DNA of 39,655 nt from Candidatus Thorarchaeota archaeon (lineage in GTDB: Archaea > Asgardarchaeota > Thorarchaeia > Thorarchaeales > Thorarchaeaceae). Location of the stretch: NCBI GenBank assembly GCA_003345595.1, contig PRDI01000066.1, positions 1 through 39,655 on the forward strand. The letters are read 5' to 3'. Shown piece after piece: positions 1 to 9,333 of the stretch (the stretch's first letter is position 1; every line of letters begins with the position of its first letter). The translations under genes and the position numbers were made by a program. The notes beneath the pieces are model-generated. The model saw nothing but the letters and a program-made list of their open reading frames with translations. It was not told the origin of the DNA and ran no database searches.

Positions 1-221
1 AACCATGTCTTCTCATTCCGTAACCGCCTTGTCAGGATTGACCTGACACAAGTCCCAGTCTGGACCTATGCAGATGTTCGAAGTGAAAGGAATAGCAGCA
101 ACGGAAGTGGCTAATCAGTCGCGGTCGTTGCTGGCAGGAGATGTCAGCTGTGCAAGTGGACGTCCAGTGGCTTGCATGAAAGAAAGCCAAAGAGGATAGA
201 CCTACTGTCTCCAGTTGGTGC

Positions 222-788
222 CTAGATCCTCTCAGTCTTCACAGCCAGCGTTGCGCCGCAATGAGGACAGCGGACAGAGTCAGGCCCTACCCATTCCACT
301 TCCTTTGGGTTCATGTCTGCGCCACACTTGAAGCAGCGCTCGGGCACCTTTCTCGCGACCATCACTTCGCGCTCTACCGTCTTTGCCCCGGCAACGGCGC
401 CTTCGGAACGGATGAACGTCGAGTGTTCAATCGTGCCTCGAATCTTGCCACTTGCGATAGCAGCGTACAGCACACTCGTCACTCTCTCGGGTGATGCACC
501 GCTGAGGCTGGCTAGCTCCTGCATCGTCACTTTGGCGTGGCCCTGTGCAATTCCGACTATCTTTGTGCTGAGGCCAATCGCCCTTCTGCGCACGACACCC
601 TCCACTGCAAACACCCCAGTGAAGACGAAAGCAATTGGAGTCCACACTTCAGCTTCGTCAACTAGGTACATGCTGACTCCGTACAACAACGTCACCAACG
701 CGAGCAAGAAGAAGGTACAGCTTAACCACTCAAAACCGCTTTGAGACTGTATTGACACGATAGCGCTCCTCCTCATGCGGCAACGCAT
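222..788 (-). CDS. Membrane-anchored protein with PCI-like winged helix and C-terminal Zn ribbon
   Basis: Two N-terminal hydrophobic helices. VTMQELASLSGASPERVTSVLYAAIASGKIRGTI fits the PCI winged-helix pattern. C-terminal CFKC...CPHC. The true start may be slightly downstream. Confidence 0.7.
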   Translation of the reverse strand: MRCRMRRSAIVSIQSQSGFEWLSCTFFLLALVTLLYGVSMYLVDEAEVWTPIAFVFTGVFAVEGVVRRRAIGLSTKIVGIAQGHAKVTMQELASLSGASPERVTSVLYAAIASGKIRGTIEHSTFIRSEGAVAGAKTVEREVMVARKVPERCFKCGADMNPKEVEWVGPDSVRCPHCGATLAVKTERI

Positions 789-1044
789 GACAAGATGCTT
801 CCGAGCATCGTATCAGATAAATGATGCGCCCCCTCGTGTCAGGTCGCTTCGCCGGATGAAACGTCGTGACCATGCATTAGCAGTCACTGAAGTCGGATGC
901 ACAGACGTGGTCAATGCGCCGCCTGCTGAGCCGCTTTGCTCGACTTGAATCGAGATAATCGTTCATTCTCTCATTCCGCAATCGTTATACTAACATTGCA
1001 TTGACCGAAGACCCGACTGCAAACGACAACTTGGAGCCATTCCG

Positions 1045-2226
1045 ATGTTCGAAGAGCAAGGCATGACAACAGACGCAGTACTCAAGCGGCTCCAATCGCT
1101 ACTGGAGCCTGATTCGAGCTATGCGAGTGGTCGGCCTGTGGCTTCAATGTCTACTGCTCCTCACGGTTTCGGTGTGGATGTGTTCTCGCGGACGATTGAG
1201 AAGAACGCGGGACGTTTTCACACATTTCCTGGCTCTGCGGAGGTCGAGCGCGAAGTCGTTGAGATGGTTGGGGATCTGTTTCACCTAGAACAACCACTGG
1301 GAACCACGACCTCGGGAGGAACCGAGTCCAACATCCTAGCCATGCTTGCATGCCGGGAAACAGCCGCAAAGAAGACTCACACGCCTGAGATCATTGCTCC
1401 CGAAACTGTTCACGCCTCTGTCGACAAAGCGGCGTGGATCCTAGGTGCAAAGCTAGTCAAGACACGAGTCGACAGCCAGTTCAGCGCAGACCCCTCTGCA
1501 ATCGAGCGGGCAATCAACAAGAAGACCGTGGGCATCTTTGCCACCGCGGGCACGACATACCTTGGCCAGATTGATCCTATTGATGAGATCGCGGGCATAG
1601 CCAGCCGCCACTCGATCCCGTTCCATGTCGATGCCGCATTCGGGGGCTTTGTCATCCCTTTCCTCAACGACCTAGGAATGGGCCATCATGTCTTCGATTT
1701 CCAGATTGAGGGTGTCACGAGTATCAGCGTTGATCCTCACAAGATGGGCCTCGCTCCCATCCCCTCTGGCTGTGTTTTGTTTAGATCAGAAAGGCAACTG
1801 GAATCTGTAACTAGGAGAGTGCCATACCTTAGAGGACAGAGTGCCGTGCAGCACACACTTCTTGGAACGAGACCGGCCGGGTCAATACTCGCCGCTTGGG
1901 CAGTGATGAAGCAAATGGGCAGGAAGGGGTACAGGGACCTTGTCAGTCTGTGCATGAAAAGGACACTATTAGTCAAGAGTAGAGTAGAGGCTAACAGAAT
2001 GCTGCGGCTGGCAATCGAGCCTGTAATGAACATAGTCGGCGTAGAATGCAAGGAATTGTCGCTCGAACATGTGACAGATAGAATGGAAGAGCGAGGCTGG
2101 AGGATGGCGACCTCACCCTTGCCACCGAGCATAAGGATTGTCATCATGCCTCACATGACAGAGGGCACGGTGAATGCCTTCTTCAATGACTTGGATGATA
2201 TCTCAACAACGATTCCGGCAGACTGA
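1045..2226 (+). CDS. mfnA: PLP-dependent L-tyrosine/L-aspartate decarboxylase (MfnA family)
   Basis: TSGGTESN, HVDAAFGGF and SVDPHKMG (PLP lysine), LLGTRP; about 390 aa, typical of archaeal MfnA. Confidence 0.88.
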   Translation: MFEEQGMTTDAVLKRLQSLLEPDSSYASGRPVASMSTAPHGFGVDVFSRTIEKNAGRFHTFPGSAEVEREVVEMVGDLFHLEQPLGTTTSGGTESNILAMLACRETAAKKTHTPEIIAPETVHASVDKAAWILGAKLVKTRVDSQFSADPSAIERAINKKTVGIFATAGTTYLGQIDPIDEIAGIASRHSIPFHVDAAFGGFVIPFLNDLGMGHHVFDFQIEGVTSISVDPHKMGLAPIPSGCVLFRSERQLESVTRRVPYLRGQSAVQHTLLGTRPAGSILAAWAVMKQMGRKGYRDLVSLCMKRTLLVKSRVEANRMLRLAIEPVMNIVGVECKELSLEHVTDRMEERGWRMATSPLPPSIRIVIMPHMTEGTVNAFFNDLDDISTTIPAD

Positions 2227-2231
2227 CCGTT

Positions 2232-2651
2232 TCAGGCGGAACCTCGTTTCAGCTCCTCTATCCTCTCTTCGAGGTCGGCCATGCGCTTGGTGAGATCAAG
2301 CACGGTATTCAGTAGGAATGAGATCAGGTATCCATAGTTGACGGAATATCCCTCACCACGTGCGAGTATCTGTGCCTCTTCGAGCCGTCTGGCGGCATTC
2401 GTGATTGACTGTTTCGATACCTTCCTCTCGTCGACAAGCCGGTCTACCGTTTCCCGGACCTCGCGAGGAGCCACAGGCGATCCTCTGAGAGGCTTCAGCA
2501 GACTGTGAAGGATTATCAGGCCGGCGCCCATCCGCGGATTCGTCAGCATTGAGAATGTGTCGTCCAGCTCTTTCATGATGACCTTCTTCCCACTGGCAGT
2601 AAACGCTACGCTAGACAAAAAGCTTCCCACCGACCCCGAATGCACGAGCAA
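2232..2651 (-). CDS. Winged-helix protein with C-terminal coiled coil
   Basis: VSKQSITNAARRLEEAQIL..GEGYSVNY is a wHTH recognition helix plus wing; heptad tail LTKRMADLEERIEELK. Likely start MKELDD near 2576. Confidence 0.6.
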   Translation of the reverse strand: MLVHSGSVGSFLSSVAFTASGKKVIMKELDDTFSMLTNPRMGAGLIILHSLLKPLRGSPVAPREVRETVDRLVDERKVSKQSITNAARRLEEAQILARGEGYSVNYGYLISFLLNTVLDLTKRMADLEERIEELKRGSA

Positions 2652-2804
2652 CCGGAGATTCTGGAGGGACTTGTCATTGAGCGTTTACTGAGTCTGGCGA
2701 AGGCGGCAGCATTGGACACAGCTTGCCGCCGCTGTGGACGAAGTGCTAGTCACTATACGAAACAGTAAAAGATAGGTTCTCAGATAGTCCTGCAGGTTCG
2801 AGAG

Positions 2805-3491
2805 TTGGCAGAATCATTGGAGAGAGTTGTGTTCGTCGGGGTCATTCATACAGACCGTGATAGTGTGGAGAGGGCAAGGAAGATAGTGAAGCGGGTTAAG
2901 CCGGATGTGGTAGCCGTGGAGCTAGACCGGGAGAGGTATCAACAGATGATGCATCCGCCGACCCAAGAAGAGATTGCACGCATGGCACCGACTGGCGACC
3001 CTGTTCAGGACCTGTTTTACCAGATTGCGCTCTTGGAGAAGAAACTGGGTGACATCACGGGAAGTGATGCCGGTGCCGAAATGTTGGCTGCGATCAAGGA
3101 GGGCAGGAGCATCGGAGCCAAGATCGCACTTGTAGACAGGCCCATCCAAGCGACAATGCAAGCCATCATGAATGTCCCACTTGATGAAGTCTATAGAATG
3201 TTCAATATGATGCCCGGAGCTTCCAAGGAGATACAGGAAGGAGGAGCCCAAGACCTGTTGAGCTTATTGAAGGAAGAGGGAGCAGTGGACACTGTCATGG
3301 AGGAGTTCAGAGCCCAATTCCCCAACCTGAGCAACGCGCTGATTCAGGAGAGAGACAACTATGTCGCCAAAGCGCTGTTCACCATTCTCAATGATGTTGA
3401 GGGACGAATAGTGGCAGTCTTGGGTGCAGGCCATATTGAGGGCGTCAAGCAGTCCTTAGCCCGGATGCTCCAGACCCAAGCTGGCGCTTAG
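2805..3491 (+). CDS. TraB/PrgY (TIKI-like) domain protein
   Basis: VGVIH, KPDVVAVELDRER, GAEMLAA, LVDRPIQAT, LIQERDNY, VAVLGAGHIEG. Confidence 0.88.
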   Translation: MAESLERVVFVGVIHTDRDSVERARKIVKRVKPDVVAVELDRERYQQMMHPPTQEEIARMAPTGDPVQDLFYQIALLEKKLGDITGSDAGAEMLAAIKEGRSIGAKIALVDRPIQATMQAIMNVPLDEVYRMFNMMPGASKEIQEGGAQDLLSLLKEEGAVDTVMEEFRAQFPNLSNALIQERDNYVAKALFTILNDVEGRIVAVLGAGHIEGVKQSLARMLQTQAGA

Positions 3492-4147
3492 AGACCTAGG
3501 CCACGGATTAGGTCATCGATGCCCTGACCTGTCTTTGAACTCACCTTGTAGACAGGAAGCAAAGCGTCCACTTCGCGCACATCCTTCACCAGTACTTCGA
3601 CATCAAAGTCAAGTACGTCGGCGAGGTCAATCTTGTTGATTACTATGATGTCAGCTCTCTTGATTGTGAGCGGATGTTTGCGGACCATGTACGGGCCCTC
3701 TGTTATGCTAAGCACGACTATCTTCTTGTCAACCCCTAACGAATAACCTGCAGGACAAATAAGGTTACCAACGTTTTCAATGAATGCCACCTGATACTTG
3801 GACAAATCAACATTCTTCAAAGCGAGTCGAACCATTCTTGCATCGAGATGACATGCAGAGCCTGTGTTGATTTGCACCGTGTCAATGCCATGCGACTCAA
3901 CCCTGTCGGCGTCTATCCTTGTAGCCAGGTCTCCGGCCACCATGAGTATACGGTATCGCGCAGACAGCCTCTCGCACAAAGACTCGATCAGCAGGGTCTT
4001 ACCTGTGCCGACCGAACCCATGATGTCGAACGCGTGAATGTCGTGCTTCTTGAACTCTGCAGCGTTGATCTTAGCTGCATCCTCGTTTGCTCCGAACAGA
4101 TCCCTTCGGATGTCAATCGTGACGGTCCGGTCAGTCATTGGGGTCAC
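3488..4147 (-). CDS. hypB: Hydrogenase nickel-incorporation GTPase HypB
   Basis: MGSVGTGKT P-loop, INTGSACHLDA, FIENVGNLICPA, EG..K.P, INKIDL. Likely start ATG at 4138 after a GGTGA SD-like motif. Confidence 0.92.
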   Translation of the reverse strand: MTPMTDRTVTIDIRRDLFGANEDAAKINAAEFKKHDIHAFDIMGSVGTGKTLLIESLCERLSARYRILMVAGDLATRIDADRVESHGIDTVQINTGSACHLDARMVRLALKNVDLSKYQVAFIENVGNLICPAGYSLGVDKKIVVLSITEGPYMVRKHPLTIKRADIIVINKIDLADVLDFDVEVLVKDVREVDALLPVYKVSSKTGQGIDDLIRGLGL

Positions 4148-4715
4148 CTTCGTGATCTTCTATTGAGAGTGCCATGGGATAAACGTACAGGTACTGTCCC
4201 AGTATGGGTCTCACAACCAGTTTCTCCACCATTAGAGCAGCCGCAGCCCAAGCGGCTCCCTGCAATGCGTCTAGAACTGCTGCGAGAAGTGCGGCCCCTA
4301 AAGACTCACTAAGGGCTAGGAACACTGTCATGTCTGGCACAAAACCACCAATCAAGCCGCCCCCAAGTATGACGAGGAGGATGTATTTCGCGCTGTTCCG
4401 GTCAGACGTGATGTGTATCGCATAGCCCGTTCCAATGCCAAGGAAGACATTGCCTATCAGAGGCATGAGTGGCACCTCTCCCCCGGCTATAGCTCCGCCA
4501 ATCCCTACGATGGCCCCGACCACGGCCCCACCAATAAGCCCTCCAATCACACCCCCGAGTTCAGAGAAAAGGAAACCTGGGCTTAGCTCGAGCATGCCTG
4601 GTACAATGGGGATTCTAACGAACAAGCGCATCACGATTCCAAGTGCGGCCAGCATGGCCATGCTTGTCACTGTGATAGTGTTCGTCCTCAGTGGTAGAAG
4701 TACCATCAACCTCAC
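4131..4715 (-). CDS. Gly-rich integral membrane protein, ECF transporter S-component-like
   Basis: AMLAALGIV (AxxxA first helix) and 5-6 hydrophobic Gly-rich segments; overlaps the hypB start. Confidence 0.6.
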   Translation of the reverse strand: MRLMVLLPLRTNTITVTSMAMLAALGIVMRLFVRIPIVPGMLELSPGFLFSELGGVIGGLIGGAVVGAIVGIGGAIAGGEVPLMPLIGNVFLGIGTGYAIHITSDRNSAKYILLVILGGGLIGGFVPDMTVFLALSESLGAALLAAVLDALQGAAWAAAALMVEKLVVRPILGQYLYVYPMALSIEDHEGDPND

Positions 4716-4716
4716 C

Positions 4717-5163
4717 TTAGGAGGCAGTCAGCCGCTCTGGTGCCTCGGGCCAGGTTCCCAACAAGAACCTTCTGGTCTCGAGATACCATTTCTCGAGTTG
4801 AGACAGTATCTGTTTGCGGACATCCTCCGTCGAAACTGCCAAGTAGATGTAGTAGTAACCCCCTTTCTCAAGAGACCGCATCTCCCGTTCGACGAGCCCC
4901 TTCTTGCATAGCTTGTTGAGCACTCGCTGAACTGTGCTTCGATCACGTTTAATCGCGGAGGTGATTGACTCGACTGTCTTGGGACCAGAGAGCAGTGAGA
5001 AGTATGTATCAACCTCACTGTCGCGGAGGCCAAACGCACAGCATAGTAAATCAGAGGGTCTCTCAAACCTTCTAGAGAACAGGCCTGACATTGGATCCCG
5101 CATTGTCATCACCAAATGGTATTCTGGTGGTGTGACAGAAAAGGTTGTGCATCGGCCACGCAC
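4717..5163 (-). CDS. TrmB-like HTH transcriptional regulator
   Basis: LLCCAFGLRDSEVDTY, RDRSTVQRVLNKL..KGLVER, GGYYYIY. Real start probably MTMRDP near 5109. Confidence 0.82.
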   Translation of the reverse strand: MRGRCTTFSVTPPEYHLVMTMRDPMSGLFSRRFERPSDLLCCAFGLRDSEVDTYFSLLSGPKTVESITSAIKRDRSTVQRVLNKLCKKGLVEREMRSLEKGGYYYIYLAVSTEDVRKQILSQLEKWYLETRRFLLGTWPEAPERLTAS

Positions 5164-5223
5164 AGGCGATAATACTTCGGTTAAAATCCTCTGCTGTTCT
5201 ATGAGAGGTGGTGCTGCTAGCAG

Positions 5224-5691
5224 ATGGACTTCAGTTCGTTGAGGGGCGACCCGGACTCGGCCCGTTGGGATGAACCTGCGAGAAGCGGGTCCCTTCCAGC
5301 TGTCAACATGGCTCCTTTGAAGGGGACTCTAGAATCAGACCCAATACGGTCCCGAGTCCTCAGGCTACTCATCGAGGATGGAGGATGGGTCACGACTGCA
5401 GACCTGCTGAGAGTAGCACGTCAAGTCAGGCCGATCATAGGAGCTGTCACCATAGGTACGATCCTAGAGGGAATGAATGAGCTTGTTTCATCAAGATTGA
5501 TACTCAGCAGGGCCTCATTGTCCACAGGCATAGATTGGGCCGAATGGAGAATAAACCCCGACTGGCTCGAACCGACTCGGAAGTTGCTTCAGATGATTAT
5601 GCGCACGCGGGCGAAGGGGCCCGACGAGTGGACTCGCGAAGATGCGAAGCGTGGAGCAGAACGGACTTCATCGGGTCTTACTCATGATTGA
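5224..5691 (+). CDS. Hypothetical winged-helix-like protein
   Basis: DPIRSRVLRLL...WVTTADLL...TIGTILEGM...WRINP resembles a wHTH; fills the gap between genes; start uncertain. Confidence 0.5.
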   Translation: MDFSSLRGDPDSARWDEPARSGSLPAVNMAPLKGTLESDPIRSRVLRLLIEDGGWVTTADLLRVARQVRPIIGAVTIGTILEGMNELVSSRLILSRASLSTGIDWAEWRINPDWLEPTRKLLQMIMRTRAKGPDEWTREDAKRGAERTSSGLTHD

Positions 5692-5728
5692 GTAGCTAGT
5701 GCATCTTGAGTAATCTACTTAAGACGGC

Positions 5729-6397
5729 ATGACCGACCCCAAACACATGTCGCGTTCGATGTCAGCGTCGCCATCTGATGCTGCTGGAGCAACGGTCGTC
5801 CAAGAGCCCACGGCGATGGAAGCCTCAAGGGTTTCGGAAAGCAGCGAGAAAGCAAAACGCATCGTGGTTGCGGCCTTGCTTGCAGCTCTGTCAGTTGCAG
5901 CAGCACCTATTGCGACTTACCTTCCCAGAATAGGAGGCTGGGGAATAGCCTTCTTCGATCCTGTGTCCATATTCTGGATATCGGCCTTTCTAATCGGGGG
6001 TATATGGGTCGGCATGATCAGCACTGTAGCCGGCACATTCGTTCTCTTCTTCACGGACCCAACAGGCATTGGCCCAGTCTTCAAGTTCCTAGCGACAATT
6101 CCCATGATTGTGATACCATGGCTTGCCGTCCGCATCTTTGGCCGCGAGATGGGAGGGAGTTACCTCTCTGCGCGCCTGAATTATGCGTTTCCGATGAGCA
6201 TTGCGTATGTCGTGAGGCAACTGATCATGATTCCTGCGAACCTTGCGATTGTGCCGTTGTTTCTGCCTTTAATGCCTCCTGACCAGATAATCGCTTACAC
6301 GTTCCTCCTCAATACCATTCAAAGCTTCTGGGATGCACTAGTGCCCTATGTCGTTGTCTTCCCCAGCATGGTCTTCCGCCACTTCAAGATGTGGTGA
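5729..6397 (+). CDS. ECF transporter S-component-like membrane protein
   Basis: AALLAALS, FFDPVSIFWISAFLIGG and IGPVFKFLATIPM match archaeal ECF S components; about 6 TM segments. Confidence 0.72.
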   Translation: MTDPKHMSRSMSASPSDAAGATVVQEPTAMEASRVSESSEKAKRIVVAALLAALSVAAAPIATYLPRIGGWGIAFFDPVSIFWISAFLIGGIWVGMISTVAGTFVLFFTDPTGIGPVFKFLATIPMIVIPWLAVRIFGREMGGSYLSARLNYAFPMSIAYVVRQLIMIPANLAIVPLFLPLMPPDQIIAYTFLLNTIQSFWDALVPYVVVFPSMVFRHFKMW

Positions 6398-6502
6398 CAT
6401 GCGACAGTTGGTAGGATGGGGGGAGACCCAATCGGAATTCGCTTAAATAGCCAAGTAGCGGTGTCCTTCTCATTGACATCACACATGCAGTAGGGATCAC
6501 GA

Positions 6503-7318
6503 ATGGTGCGGCGATGCGAGTATTGCGACTCGCCAGTACCAGCAGATGCCACGGTCTGTCCTGTGTGCAGACAGGTCCTAGCCGAAGAAACCCTCGAAAG
6601 GGTTCTACCCATGCTAAAGAGACCTGGAGCACCCGAGGTCCGTGCATTGAGTGTCGGAGAAAGGCTGTGGGGTGTGATTAGACAACCTGCAGCGACTTAT
6701 CGTGACATCGGCCAGCGACCTGATGGAGCAGGGCCTTTCCTGATCGTACTGATGAACGCTCTGGTTCTTGCTGGCTTCTTCCTGGTTGTATCCTCGAAAT
6801 TCGCAGCGACAGTCGTCCTGAATCAGACAGCCGGTACCACTGCCATCGTGTCCGTCTTGGACACACAAGATGCCGGGCTCTACTACTTGACGGCTTTGGC
6901 TAGCATAGTGCCGAACATCATGCTCGGCTTTGTGTACCTACTGGTTGGAACTGCGTTTGCACACATAGCGTTCAAGATTACCGGGGGTTCCGGACGCGCA
7001 AGCAAGACCCTCGCTATCGTGGGCTACAGTATGATTCCCGTACTCATAATGCGACTAGTGGCACTAGTGGTGGTGTTTGCTGTCTTGCCCACTCACCTCG
7101 TTGACGACTTGGGCCTGTGGCCCAGCATAATCCAATCGATATACGATGCTGACGTGTGGCTAATCATAGACTATATGACGACCGCTGCATTTGTCTGGGT
7201 CGGCTTCCTCCTCATATTCGGCATCAGAGAAGCACACGACACGTCGACTGTGTGGGCATTTGTTGTTTCATCGGCATGTATGATAGTCTTGGTATGGACG
7301 TTCTGGCAAGCTCACTAA
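6503..7318 (+). CDS. Zn-ribbon + Yip1 domain membrane protein
   Basis: N-terminal CEYC...CPVC; LWGVIRQPAATYRDI, KITGGSG...TLAIVGYSMIP and GIREAH.S are Yip1 hallmarks; 5 TM segments. Confidence 0.8.
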   Translation: MVRRCEYCDSPVPADATVCPVCRQVLAEETLERVLPMLKRPGAPEVRALSVGERLWGVIRQPAATYRDIGQRPDGAGPFLIVLMNALVLAGFFLVVSSKFAATVVLNQTAGTTAIVSVLDTQDAGLYYLTALASIVPNIMLGFVYLLVGTAFAHIAFKITGGSGRASKTLAIVGYSMIPVLIMRLVALVVVFAVLPTHLVDDLGLWPSIIQSIYDADVWLIIDYMTTAAFVWVGFLLIFGIREAHDTSTVWAFVVSSACMIVLVWTFWQAH

Positions 7319-7325
7319 ACAGATG

Positions 7326-8258
7326 TCAGACCGCGCCGTACAGCGGGATTATCACGAAGGCGACGAGACCAATCAGAGCCCCGACCTTGTCTAGTGTGCT
7401 GCCCATTACAAGCCGCTTCTTCTTGTTTGGTCCAGTCAACGGGAAGAGGGCGGCGCCCATCACGACTGCAGACCCAAGGAGCAAGAGAAGCCACAGATCC
7501 CAGCTGGCATATCCCAGTATCCACACCAAGATGTAGCACGCGACTCCAATGATATTCAGGACTGCAGCCAGGGCCACTGCCGCTTGATTGCCATACACAC
7601 GTGCGATCGTACGAACATTCCTCAACGCATCGCCTTCGACATCCTCAGCACCCTTGATTGTTTCACGAGCCTGCAGTATCATGAATGCTGTCAGGAAGAA
7701 CAGCCATGACGGAACAGGAATGACGAAGAACGCAACCCGCTCGGCATACAGGAAGGATCCGTATATCACACCAAAAGCGAAAGAGAAGGAAACCATGAAG
7801 TTGCCTGCAAGTCCGAGAGCCTTGACCTTCGCCGCGTAGGCATAACCTACAACCTCAAAGAAGACAACCACCAATGTGCCGAGCGGACCATTGAGCCATG
7901 CGAACAAGATGCCGCACAGGCTCAGGAAGACAACGTAGGCCCAGGCCTGCTTCACAGTCATTCTCCCACTGGGCAATGCTCGATGAGGGCGATTGATCTT
8001 GTCGACTTCTATGTCGAAGATGTCGTTCACAACGTTGCCGCCTGCCGCAACGAAGAAGTAGGTAACATAGCCGAAGATGAACATGTACAGGTAAGCCGAT
8101 AACGAGGGGCCGACGGGATGGACTCGATAGGCCATCGCCAGACCCGCGATGACGGTGAGTCCGCCTATGACGCAGTTCTGCGGCCGGATTATCGAGAGGA
8201 ATGCCTTTGGATCAGCCCGCTGCTTCTGCCCATCGGTTGTCTTAGCCTTGTCCGACAT
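7326..8258 (-). CDS. Digeranylgeranylglyceryl phosphate synthase (UbiA family prenyltransferase)
   Basis: IIRPQNC, NDIFDIEVDKINRPHRALPSGR, ARETIKGAEDVEGD. Confidence 0.9.
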   Translation of the reverse strand: MSDKAKTTDGQKQRADPKAFLSIIRPQNCVIGGLTVIAGLAMAYRVHPVGPSLSAYLYMFIFGYVTYFFVAAGGNVVNDIFDIEVDKINRPHRALPSGRMTVKQAWAYVVFLSLCGILFAWLNGPLGTLVVVFFEVVGYAYAAKVKALGLAGNFMVSFSFAFGVIYGSFLYAERVAFFVIPVPSWLFFLTAFMILQARETIKGAEDVEGDALRNVRTIARVYGNQAAVALAAVLNIIGVACYILVWILGYASWDLWLLLLLGSAVVMGAALFPLTGPNKKKRLVMGSTLDKVGALIGLVAFVIIPLYGAV

Positions 8259-8496
8259 CAGATTGCAGTCCTCCCAGCCAAGGGTGAGAGGCTATGATTA
8301 AAGGCTTCCGGACAAGATGAGTAGTTTTCGAACCGATGTACAAAGCAATGCCCTCACCAGAACTGAACTGGTACCTTTGCATAGTAGTGCTAAAAAGGAC
8401 AGAGCATCAAGAACCGAAAGTGAAAGAGAAGCCTGCTCCGGACAGCGGTCACACTTGCCGGTCACATTCAGCAACGAGGCGATTCATCTGGCAGAG

Positions 8497-9333
8497 ATGC
8501 ACTTTGGTCCAGCCGGTTACCCAGCCGACACACGTGGCAGCCCACGCAGGGCGTTCCAGATGATACGCGAGGCAGGACTAGATGCAATGGAATATGCTGC
8601 TGTGTACGGGCTCAGAATTAGTGAAGAGAGAGCGGCCGCGCTAGGAGCTCTGGCCGATGAATATGGTATCACAATGAGCATGCATGCCGCGTACTACATC
8701 AGTCTTGCATCTAAGAGTGACGAGATCAGGAACAGATCGAAAGAAAGGCTTGTTGCGGGACTGATATTCGCACCCTTGATGCGAGTGAAGCGCGTTGTCT
8801 TCCACGCCGGCGGATACTGTGGACTAACTCCGGAGGACGCATACAAGGTCGTGAGAAACGCACTGAAAGAAATAGGGACTACTGTACTGCGCCGAGGAAA
8901 AGGCGCACTTCTCGCCCCTGAAACCGCAGGAAAGCTAGGAGCGTTTGGCTCTGTTGAGGAACTCGTGAGGCTATGCGCAGAGGTGGATGGTCTGATACCA
9001 ACGATAGACTGGGCGCATCTGCACGCTCGCACCCAGGGACAGATGGACAACAAGGACAACTACCTCAGAGTCTTGGACACATTCGAACGGGAGCTTGGAA
9101 ACAGGTTTGTGCATAACATGCACTTCCATGTCAGCGGCATTGAGTATTCGCAGGCGGGCGAGAAGGCTCACAGACCTCTTGGACAGAAATGGGGGCCCGA
9201 CATTCTACCTCTGCTCCAGATTGTGAGAGAGGTTGGTTACAGACCCACATTCATATCAGAAACACCCAATCCAATCCATGGCGCGCTGTACACCAAGTTA
9301 CTGCTTGACGAGTTGGAGAAGTCGACAGAATGA
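8497..9333 (+). CDS. nfo: Archaeal endonuclease IV / AP endonuclease family 2 (TIM barrel)
   Basis: HFGPAG, SMHAAYYISL, VFHAG, PETAGK..FGS, TIDWAHLHAR, HFHVSGIEY..GEK.H, ISETP. Start moved from 8317 to MHFGPAG. Confidence 0.85.
   Translation: MHFGPAGYPADTRGSPRRAFQMIREAGLDAMEYAAVYGLRISEERAAALGALADEYGITMSMHAAYYISLASKSDEIRNRSKERLVAGLIFAPLMRVKRVVFHAGGYCGLTPEDAYKVVRNALKEIGTTVLRRGKGALLAPETAGKLGAFGSVEELVRLCAEVDGLIPTIDWAHLHARTQGQMDNKDNYLRVLDTFERELGNRFVHNMHFHVSGIEYSQAGEKAHRPLGQKWGPDILPLLQIVREVGYRPTFISETPNPIHGALYTKLLLDELEKSTE

Noticed and set aside
1045-2226. mfnA as evidence of methanogenesis
   Set aside because: MfnA-family enzymes also supply beta-alanine for CoA synthesis in non-methanogenic archaea, and no mcr or mtr genes are present here.
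8317-8496. 60 aa N-terminal extension of endonuclease IV in the ORF track
   Set aside because: Family similarity begins at MHFGPAG (8497). The extension occupies the probable divergent promoter region.
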